Source: a virus. Taken from it: a stretch of DNA of 12,461 nt. Made by a program: the position numbers and the translations under genes. This document shows, in pieces, positions 1-6,014 of this stretch (position 1 is its first letter; each line of letters starts with the position of its first letter). Location of the stretch: the UHGV virus genome UHGV-0232909, one strand, 5' to 3'. The notes beneath the pieces are model-generated. The model ran no database searches, had not been told where the DNA came from, and saw nothing but the letters and a program-made list of their open reading frames with translations.

Positions 1-24
1 AAATGTGTACCGCGAGATCTGAAA

Positions 25-321
25 GTGAATGAAACGGATGCTGAATACCTGGTGCGTAAATTTGATGCGCTTGAAGCTAAATGTGCAGCACTGGAAAACA
101 AAGTAATACCAGTGTCAGCTGAACTGCCGCCAGCGAATGAAAGTGTTCTGTTATTTGATGCTAATGGAGAAGGCTGGCTGATTGGCTGGCGTTCTCTCTG
201 GTATACATGGGGGCAAAAAGAAACCGGAGAATGGCAGTGGACATTTCAGGTCGGGGACCTTGAAAACGTCAACATCACTCACTGGGCAGTAATGCCAAAA
301 GCACCGGAGGCTGGAGCATAA
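25..321 (+). CDS. DUF551-like phage early protein (start uncertain; frame is open to the window edge)
   Basis: 98-aa ORF beginning at a GTG; the same frame is open back to base 1, so the true start may lie upstream. Trp-rich C-terminal half ending ...ITHWAVMPKAPE resembles the DUF551 signature of lambdoid/P22-like early-region proteins. Stop TAA overlaps the next ATG (TAATG at 319-323). Confidence 0.55.
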   Translation: MNETDAEYLVRKFDALEAKCAALENKVIPVSAELPPANESVLLFDANGEGWLIGWRSLWYTWGQKETGEWQWTFQVGDLENVNITHWAVMPKAPEAGA

Positions 322-1130
322 TGACCACATTTACCGATAAAGAACTGATTAAAGAAATCAAAGAACGAATCAGCAGCATGGACGTGCGAGACAATGTTGA
401 GCGCCGTGCTTATGAAATTGCTCTGGCATCGCTGGAAGAGGATCCGGTGGCATGGCTGCATTCAGACAATGGCTTAGGTATTCCGGCAATAACCAGGAGT
501 AAAAACATTGCTGACAGTTGGTTATCAAAGGGCTGGTATGTTCAGCCGCTATATATAGCTAAGCCAGTGCCGGTGGTGCCAGATGCTCGTCCGTCTTTAA
601 ATAATGGCATAGTCGGTTTTGATGAAGGCTGGAACGCCTGCCGCGCTGCCATGCTCTATGGTGCCGTACCTGCAAGCCAGGCTTACAAGTTGCCACAAAC
701 GCAGTTTAAACAGGTTGCTGACCTCTACGAAATGCAATTTGATGACGGTCGCACTTGTGCCTTTCACACTGATGCGCAAAAGGCTGTGCAATGGCTTCAG
801 GCGTGCGACGGAAACAGGGTTCAGGAATACGTTAAGCTGGAACGATTGCAGAACGCACTGTCTGGCAACTCTCCGGTAACTCCGGATGGTTGGGTTATGG
901 TGCCGAAGAGACTAACAGCCGAGAACGGCGCTAAGGGGGCGCTATCCGGTGAATTTTCAGAAACTACGTTTATAAGCTGCCTGGAATGCTTTGGCGATGA
1001 TGATTGCGATACCTGTGACGGGAGCGGACGTATTGAAATTAAAGTGCCAGTCACGTGGTCGACCATAAAATCTATCTGGGATAAAGGTATCGAGTATTTT
1101 GCAGCAAAACCATCACAAGAGGTGAAGTGA
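321..1130 (+). CDS. hypothetical phage early protein with C-terminal CxxC-x5-CxxCxGxG zinc-ribbon motif
   Basis: 269-aa ORF with ATG at 321 and GGAG 4 nt upstream. C-terminus CLECFGDDDCDTCDGSGRIEIK is a DnaJ-like zinc-finger motif. Its stop TGA (1128-1130) overlaps the ATG of the exonuclease gene. No family recognised for the N-terminal 200 aa. Confidence 0.6.
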   Translation: MTTFTDKELIKEIKERISSMDVRDNVERRAYEIALASLEEDPVAWLHSDNGLGIPAITRSKNIADSWLSKGWYVQPLYIAKPVPVVPDARPSLNNGIVGFDEGWNACRAAMLYGAVPASQAYKLPQTQFKQVADLYEMQFDDGRTCAFHTDAQKAVQWLQACDGNRVQEYVKLERLQNALSGNSPVTPDGWVMVPKRLTAENGAKGALSGEFSETTFISCLECFGDDDCDTCDGSGRIEIKVPVTWSTIKSIWDKGIEYFAAKPSQEVK

Positions 1131-1702
1131 TGAACAACTTAATGATCGACCTTGAGACGATGGGGAAAAATAAGGATGCACCGATCGTTTCCATTGGCGC
1201 GGTGTTCTTCACTCCAGAAACCGGAGACATCGGACAAGAATTCTATACGGTTGTTAGCCTGGAAAGTGCTATGGGGCAAGGAGCTACACCTGACGGCGAT
1301 ACCATCCTGTGGTGGTTGAAACAAAGCCCTGAAGCACGAGCTGCAATCTGTATTGATGATACTTTGTCGATCAGCGATGCTCTCTCAGAACTAAATCATT
1401 TCATTAACCGGCACGCAGACAATACGAAATATTTAAAAGTCTGGGGTAACGGAGCCACCTTCGACAACGTAATTTTACGTGGAGCTTATGAGCGAGCAGG
1501 ACAAATCTGCCCGTGGGCATACTGGAATGACCACGATGTACGCACGATCGTTACGCTTGGGCGTTCCATCGGATTCGACCCCAAAATGGACATGCCTTTC
1601 GATGGCGAACGGCACAACGCCCTGGCTGATGCCCGTCATCAGGCAAAATATGTTTCCGCTATCTGGCAGAAATTAATTCCTGCCACCAGCACAGAATTAT
1701 GA
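1130..1702 (+). CDS. DEDDh-family 3'-5' exonuclease (DnaQ/RNase T-like), phage-encoded
   Basis: Exo I motif MIDLETMG (D-x-E), Exo II motif WGNGATFDNVIL, Exo III motif HNALADARHQAKY (H-x4-D) are all present in order. The ORF track starts at GTG 1127; ATG at 1130 with GAGG at 1118-1121 is the more likely start. Confidence 0.85.
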   Translation: MNNLMIDLETMGKNKDAPIVSIGAVFFTPETGDIGQEFYTVVSLESAMGQGATPDGDTILWWLKQSPEARAAICIDDTLSISDALSELNHFINRHADNTKYLKVWGNGATFDNVILRGAYERAGQICPWAYWNDHDVRTIVTLGRSIGFDPKMDMPFDGERHNALADARHQAKYVSAIWQKLIPATSTEL

Positions 1703-1738
1703 TTTTCCCGGGTGCAGCCGGTTTTGATGGAGAAAATT

Positions 1739-2020
1739 ATGAACACCTTGTTTTTACTGATGGCTGAATTCAATACCCCTAACATTGAACTCTCAGCAGT
1801 TAGCCAAAAGTACTTTGGCATGAGTCCAGCCACGGCAGAAGCAAAAGCAAACGCTTGTAAGTTGCCCGTTCCAACATATCGCATCGGCACATCACAAAAA
1901 GCAAAACGTTGCATCAATATTCAGGATCTTGCGGAATACATAGACAAAAGACGAGAAGAAGGACGTATCGAGTGGGAACAGGTCAGAACAAGCAAACAGA
2001 AGGGCAAAGAACATCACTAA
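1739..2020 (+). CDS. PrtN/excisionase-like small DNA-binding protein (putative Xis)
   Basis: N-terminus MNTLFLLMAEF... is typical of the PrtN / prophage excisionase-like family. GGAG at 1729-1732 sits 6 nt before ATG 1739; the longer ORF-track version starts at GTG 1712 without an RBS. Located upstream of, and in the same orientation as, the integrase. Confidence 0.65.
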   Translation: MNTLFLLMAEFNTPNIELSAVSQKYFGMSPATAEAKANACKLPVPTYRIGTSQKAKRCINIQDLAEYIDKRREEGRIEWEQVRTSKQKGKEHH

Positions 2021-2022
2021 AT

Positions 2023-2050
2023 AAAAAACCCGCCTAAAGGCGGGTTTTCA
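2023..2050. terminator. bidirectional rho-independent terminator
   Basis: AAAAAA-CCCGCC-TAAA-GGCGGG-TTTT: a perfect 6-bp GC stem (2029-2034 / 2039-2044) with a 4-nt loop, flanked by an A-run upstream and a T-run downstream, so it gives a U-tract on either strand. It lies between the convergent genes ending at 2020 (+) and 2068 (-). Confidence 0.7.
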
Positions 2051-2067
2051 AAAAGCACCAGCTATGA

Positions 2068-2241
2068 TCATGCTGCTTTGCGACGACGAAGCTTACCCTG
2101 CTGCTCTTTACCAGAGACAGTAGCGTGAGTGAACGCATTATGAGCAGCCTTCATCAGAACTTCAACAGCAGCACCCATACCTGCGAATGCTTTCATTGTG
2201 TCGAACTTAACCTGTGGCTTGGTTGCTTTTTGATCTTCCAT
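2068..2241 (-). CDS. small basic-tailed protein (57 aa), third gene of the minus-strand accessory cassette; absent from the ORF track
   Basis: Hand translation of the minus strand: MEDQKATKPQVKFDTMKAFAGMGAAVEVLMKAAHNAFTHATVSGKEQQGKLRRRKAA. A strong SD (AGGAG) sits 7 nt upstream of the ATG (ATG = complement of 2239-2241). Stop at 2068-2070, immediately followed by the bidirectional terminator. Confidence 0.45.
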   Translation of the reverse strand: MEDQKATKPQVKFDTMKAFAGMGAAVEVLMKAAHNAFTHATVSGKEQQGKLRRRKAA

Positions 2242-2280
2242 AGAAAACTCCTGAAGTTATACCGAAACAATTCCTGTTGT

Positions 2281-2700
2281 TTACTCATCATCAATAGATG
2301 ATACGCAATATTTATTTTTAAATTTAAGGTTCTTTGGCGTAACTTCATCAGAGATATCAAAACCGTCCAGAATTCTATTGAATGTAGCTTCTGGCATATC
2401 ATCATGAACAGAAATCTCACCCGATCGCTGCTTTCTAACCATGTTATCCACTCGCCAAATTATAGCTTCAGCGTAAACAACATAACTTGGATGCTTGATA
2501 AAGCGATGATCACCAGAATTCAAGATGCAAGACGGATCGTGGGGGACACCATCCTTGATACTAGAAATATTAACAACTAAAACACAATAACAATCGTTAA
2601 CGGGGTAATAAACAGGATCATTACAAATCACATGAAGATGATTGCATGGCCCAGTTGGGGCAAGCACAGTTCCTTTCCTGTATGGCTGATAATCCGTCAT
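2281..2700 (-). CDS. unknown 139-aa protein translationally coupled to the Panacea-domain gene (candidate toxin/effector)
   Basis: ATGA overlap with the upstream gene (stop/start share 2697-2700). No recognised family. Cys/His-rich N-terminal half (CNHLHVICNDP...DCYC...DPSC...DHRFIKHPS) and acidic C-terminus (SSIDDE). AT-rich codon usage unlike the flanking phage genes. Confidence 0.65.
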   Translation of the reverse strand: MTDYQPYRKGTVLAPTGPCNHLHVICNDPVYYPVNDCYCVLVVNISSIKDGVPHDPSCILNSGDHRFIKHPSYVVYAEAIIWRVDNMVRKQRSGEISVHDDMPEATFNRILDGFDISDEVTPKNLKFKNKYCVSSIDDE

Positions 2701-3269
2701 GATAATTGCAAAGAAAATTCCTTAAGTTTCTGAGATTCTTCCATTTTGCCAATTATGCGATTAGCCTCATCCTCGCTTTTACCCTCACTGATCAGCATTT
2801 CTTTCAGGTCTATAGGCTTACGAGAATTGCCAGGATCGTGCCACTCTGGACAAACGCTTTCTAAATGCGTCATATTTGCGAGATCAAATCGGTTCATATG
2901 CCCATACCGAGAATAGATTTCATCTAAAATCCGGATATCTGCACGACTCAATTCATCAAAGACCTCGTCTGCATCCATTTCCCTCGGATCTGAACGCAAC
3001 GATACATTATGCCCGTTCGTCTCTATCAAGTTGTACCAGTAGTCACCAATGCCTTCAGCCTTACCGCGAATCAAGTTCAGCGTATTCGACATGACTGGTC
3101 CAAATTTCATAGAGTAAAGGCTATCTTCGCCGATCATCCTGCCATGCTTCAAAATCGACTGGCGGTTAGACAGATAGAGCAACTTCATCAATTTCAGATA
3201 TGCCATGCGCCCACCTCGCTTAAGAAGTAGGTATGCAGCCATTTGAGCTACTTTTTCTTCGCAAAACAT
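2697..3269 (-). CDS. Panacea-domain protein (SocA/PanA-like; DUF4065), putative antitoxin
   Basis: 190-aa ORF. The segment AAYLLLKRGG-RMAYLKLMKLLYLSN...KFGPV matches the Panacea-domain core pattern (K-L-x-K-L-L-Y ... G-P-V). GAGG lies upstream of the ATG (complement of 3267-3269). First gene of a three-gene minus-strand operon. Confidence 0.75.
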   Translation of the reverse strand: MFCEEKVAQMAAYLLLKRGGRMAYLKLMKLLYLSNRQSILKHGRMIGEDSLYSMKFGPVMSNTLNLIRGKAEGIGDYWYNLIETNGHNVSLRSDPREMDADEVFDELSRADIRILDEIYSRYGHMNRFDLANMTHLESVCPEWHDPGNSRKPIDLKEMLISEGKSEDEANRIIGKMEESQKLKEFSLQLS

Positions 3270-3660
3270 ATAAGAAACCTCAAAGATAGTGAACTTTATA
3301 ATTATTCTCGATACTTCATGGGTTGCTTCATCACCAACACGAGCTTCTTATGGTGTGCCCACTTGGGCCTAAGCAACCAGTTACCTCGTTTGTCAAGTTT
3401 ATAGCTGGCTTTAACCATGGTCAATTGAAGTGATGAGCAAATGATGCTTTCTAAGAATAACAGGTTCCCAATAGGCTCCCACAAAGTGTATAACTAGTTG
3501 TTTTTCAAAAACGGTACATCCTATCGAGCATAGGAGCAATGCTAAACCGAGAATTCCAGTAAACACCAGTTTTTTCAGGCATCACGCTGGTTTGATTAAT
3601 TTTTTGTGTTTCATGATTATCGTGCATTTTTGAACATTTCAGGCTATTTTTCTCGCATTA

Positions 3661-3696
3661 GGTTCCCGCACAGGTTCCCACGTTTTATGGGAACCC
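3661..3696. promoter_or_regulatory. cluster of GGTTCCC(A) repeats immediately upstream of int (candidate operator or integrase arm-type sites)
   Basis: GGTTCCC at 3661-3667 and 3673-3679 (direct) and GGGAACC at 3689-3695 (inverted), giving the palindrome GGTTCCCA-cgtttta-TGGGAACC. A second pair, CAGGTTCCCA / AGGCTCCCA, lies at 3461-3480. The int RBS (GAGG, 3705-3708) and ATG (3716) follow directly. Confidence 0.3.
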
Positions 3697-3715
3697 GAAA
3701 TAACGAGGTCGTGTA

Positions 3716-4813
3716 ATGGCGTACTATAACATAGAGAAACGACTAAAATCCGATGGCACACCACGCTATCGCTGTAATGTGATTATCAAAGAAAAAGGTG
3801 TTATCACTTACAGGGAAAGCAAAACATTCCCTAAACATGCTCATGCCAAAACATGGGGCACACAGAAAGTGATGGAATTAGATCTATATGGCATTCCATC
3901 ATCAAATGCAGTTGACGGACTTACAGTCCGTGACTTACTACACAAATATTTAAATGACCCAAATGCCGGAGGTAAAGCAGGCCGTACTAAAAGATATGTG
4001 CTGGAACTGCTTATGGATAGTGACATCTCCGCGATCAAACTATCTGAACTGACAGAAAATGACGTAATTGAACATTGCAGGCTAAGAAACAACGCTGGCG
4101 CAGGTCCAGCAACAGTCAGCCACGATGTTAGTTATCTTGGCAGTGTTCTGGATGCGGCCAAACCTGTATACGGAATTAATTACACATCAAACCCGGCGAA
4201 AAGTGCTCGTCCATATCTACTTAAACTTGGTTTGATTGGTAAATCAAACCGTCGTAATCGTAGACCAGCATCTGATGAACTGGACATGCTCATTGAAGGC
4301 CTTCAACAACGATCTACTCATAAATGCTCAAAAATTCCGTTCGTTGATATCCTCAAATTTTCTGTGTGGTCCTGTATGCGAATCGGAGAAGTATGCCGGT
4401 TACGATGGGAAGATCTCGACCAGGAACAAAAATCTATACTCGTAAGAGACAGGAAAGATCCACGCAAAAAGGAAGGCAACCACATGAAAGTAGCCTTGCT
4501 TGGGGAAGCCTGGGATATCGTCCAACGACAGCCCAAAAAATCGGAATTCATTTTTCCATATAACAGCACTTCTATTACTGCGGGATTTCAGAGGGTAAGA
4601 AGCAAATTAGGTATTAAGGATCTGCGATACCATGATTTGCGTAGAGAAGGGGCAAGTCGCTTATTTGAGGCTGGTTTTAGTATTGAGGAAGTAGCCCAGG
4701 TTACAGGGCATCGTTCATTAAACGTGCTATGGCAGGTATATACCGAACTGTATCCGAAATCTTTACATAATCGTTTTGAAGAGCTCCAAAGGAGCAGAAA
4801 TAAGACCCCTTGA
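3716..4813 (+). CDS. int: tyrosine-type site-specific integrase
   Basis: 365-aa ORF with RBS GAGG 7 nt upstream. Carries the conserved tyrosine-recombinase boxes: MRIGEVCRLRWEDLD (Arg box), HDLRREGASRL (H-x-x-R) and a C-terminal GHRSLNVLWQVYTELY with the candidate catalytic Tyr. Confidence 0.9.
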   Translation: MAYYNIEKRLKSDGTPRYRCNVIIKEKGVITYRESKTFPKHAHAKTWGTQKVMELDLYGIPSSNAVDGLTVRDLLHKYLNDPNAGGKAGRTKRYVLELLMDSDISAIKLSELTENDVIEHCRLRNNAGAGPATVSHDVSYLGSVLDAAKPVYGINYTSNPAKSARPYLLKLGLIGKSNRRNRRPASDELDMLIEGLQQRSTHKCSKIPFVDILKFSVWSCMRIGEVCRLRWEDLDQEQKSILVRDRKDPRKKEGNHMKVALLGEAWDIVQRQPKKSEFIFPYNSTSITAGFQRVRSKLGIKDLRYHDLRREGASRLFEAGFSIEEVAQVTGHRSLNVLWQVYTELYPKSLHNRFEELQRSRNKTP

Positions 4814-4861
4814 CACTGTTTATCCATACAGTTAAAAATAATACTGTATACAAACACAGTA
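4810..4861 (+). promoter_or_regulatory. SOS-regulated promoter: TTGACA -35 hexamer plus two LexA boxes (CTGT-N8-ACAG)
   Basis: TTGACA at 4810-4815 overlaps the int stop codon. LexA-like box 1 is caCTGTttatccatACAGtt (4814-4833). Box 2 is taCTGTatacaaacACAGta (4842-4861), a near-consensus SOS box lying between the promoter and the RBS AGAGGG (4863-4868) of the DinI-like gene. Confidence 0.6.
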
Positions 4862-4874
4862 TAGAGGGACTTTT

Positions 4875-5123
4875 ATGCGTATTGAAATCTGCATAGCCAA
4901 AGAAAAAATGACTAAAATGCCAACCGGTGCTGTGGATGCGTTAAAGGAAGAATTAACCCGACGCATCAGTAAACGTTATGACGATGTAGAGGTGATCGTA
5001 AAAGCCACCAGCAACGATGGCCTTTCTGTTACACGCACCGCAGATAAGGATTCTGCAAAAACTTTTGTTCAGGAGACTCTGAAAGATACCTGGGAATCTG
5101 CTGACGAGTGGTTTGTTCACTAA
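4875..5123 (+). CDS. dinI: DinI-family DNA-damage-inducible protein (phage-borne paralogue)
   Basis: 82-aa protein [31 protein letters not shown]...[16 protein letters not shown] aligns along its whole length with E. coli DinI from memory (MRIEVTIAK...QETWESADDWFV). Preceded by LexA boxes and a good RBS. Confidence 0.85.
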   Translation: MRIEICIAKEKMTKMPTGAVDALKEELTRRISKRYDDVEVIVKATSNDGLSVTRTADKDSAKTFVQETLKDTWESADEWFVH

Positions 5124-5190
5124 TTAACACGTAAAATCGGTAACGGCTGGAAATCATTCAATAATCGCACTATCGAAAGTTCGCCAGCCA

Positions 5191-5226
5191 GCCGCAGCAC
5201 GTTCTTGCATACGACGTGGCTGCGGC
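5191..5226. other. extended imperfect stem-loop between the DinI-like gene and the invertase remnant
   Basis: GCCGCAGC (5191-5198) pairs with GCTGCGGC (5219-5226); the inner CACGT/ACGTG also pair, giving a stem of about 12 bp with one bulge and an 11-nt loop. No clear U-tract on either strand, so it is not a canonical intrinsic terminator. Confidence 0.35.
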
Positions 5227-5266
5227 TTCCAACATTAGACAAATAACTCTTTAAATTGCTTTTAAA

Positions 5267-5635
5267 TTATTTCGTTTGAATGCCAGTAACAGGAAATCGT
5301 TTATATAGGGTTGATAGCCCAACGTTATAGATACGTGCAACATAACGCCGTGATTTCCCTGCCGCTATGAGCGCTCCCATCTGTTGCCACTGCTCGTCGC
5401 TAAACTTCGGTCTACGCCCACCAATCCGGCCTTTGGATCTGGCAATAGCCAAACCAGCTAAAGTTCGCTCGCTATTCAAATCAGATTCATACTGCGCAGC
5501 AGAAAGAATATTACGGAAATTATAGCGACCACTTGCTGTTTTCAGGTCTACGCCATCTGTAATACTCCGAAAATTAACACCTTTTTCGTGCAGATTTTGA
5601 AACATCAATAGCGCATGCAGCACATTTCTCCCTAA
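5267..5635 (-). pseudogene. pin: N-terminally truncated serine DNA invertase (Pin/Gin/Hin family) remnant
   Basis: The translation ...PLGRN-MLHALLMFQNLHEKGVNFRSITDGVDL...SKGRIGGRRPKFSDEQWQQ...YNVGLSTLYK matches the C-terminal two thirds of Pin/Gin (LGRSMKHLISLVGELRERGINFRSLTDSIDT...NKGRIGGRPPKL...ALSTLYKK). The roughly 70 N-terminal residues, including the catalytic Ser region, are absent; similarity stops near 5636 and no ATG-initiated full-length frame exists. Confidence 0.8.
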
Positions 5636-5641
5636 GGGGAA

Positions 5642-6001
5642 TTGTCTGCTGCTGGGGTTAGCGGTGGCGCTGCATCTGCTTCAGGATACATCACCATTCC
5701 GATGATTATTAATGGAGCAAGGCGGGTCTTATACATCCAATGGGGGGGATTTACAGGAACTACAGATAGCTCCGGCTCCAACGGAATATATGAAACCTCA
5801 AATATCACCGTCACCTGGACAGTTGCTTTCCCCAATGCGGTTTTCCAGGTGATAACAGGCGGTTCATCTGATGTTAGTGGTGTCGGGCAGCAAGAGATGG
5901 CATGGAGTCTGGGCAAAACAAAAACTAATGGGATTTTTGGTTTTCAATGCCGGACACCAAACGCATCGATGACTGGCTCATATCTTGTAATTGGTTATTA
6001 A
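5642..6001 (+). CDS. tail-fibre C-terminal (variable-domain) cassette lacking an N-terminal anchor domain; silent alternative segment
   Basis: Gly/Ser/Thr-rich beta-type sequence typical of phage tail-fibre distal domains. The frame opens at 5636 exactly where invertase homology ends on the other strand; only a TTG start (5642) is available. Directly followed by a tfa gene, the usual Sv'-U' arrangement of Mu G / P1 C / e14 invertible segments. Confidence 0.55.
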   Translation: MSAAGVSGGAASASGYITIPMIINGARRVLYIQWGGFTGTTDSSGSNGIYETSNITVTWTVAFPNAVFQVITGGSSDVSGVGQQEMAWSLGKTKTNGIFGFQCRTPNASMTGSYLVIGY

Positions 6002-6014
6002 ACGAGGACATCAC

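Noticed and set aside
279-1917. Internal and antisense ORFs in the early region (279..461-, 597..791-, 619..879+, 821..1066-, 1139..1324-, 1479..1676+, 1639..1917-)
   Set aside because: Each is nested in, or antisense to, a longer ORF with motif support (exonuclease, PrtN-like, zinc-ribbon protein). No independent translation signals.
2193-3230. ORFs 2193..2420 (-), 2876..3094 (+) and 3009..3230 (+) overlapping the cassette genes
   Set aside because: Alternative-frame or antisense overlaps of the Panacea-domain gene and its partner. The 2193..2420 frame also conflicts with the RBS-supported 57-aa ORF.
3302-3484. 60-aa minus-strand ORF in the int / Panacea-cassette divergent region
   Set aside because: No Shine-Dalgarno, and it sits in an AT-rich probable promoter/repeat region. 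More plausibly this is regulatory DNA, including the GGTTCCCA repeats.
3841-4857. ORFs 3841..4092 (-), 4236..4445 (+), 4318..4569 (-), 4366..4563 (+) and 4588..4857 (-) within or antisense to int
   Set aside because: Nested in the integrase gene, which has the full set of tyrosine-recombinase motifs. The last one also runs across the LexA boxes.
5124-5266. Possible tRNA or tmRNA 3' fragment marking an att site
   Set aside because: No T-arm-like GGTTCGAnTCC motif or acceptor-stem/CCA structure seen on either strand. Only the hairpin at 5191-5226 is present and it does not fold as a tRNA.
5632-5916. 94-aa minus-strand ORF where the invertase N-terminus would be expected
   Set aside because: The translation shows no resemblance to the resolvase/invertase catalytic domain (no Ser-containing YxRVSTxxQ-type motif). 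It is the antisense shadow of the tail-fibre cassette.
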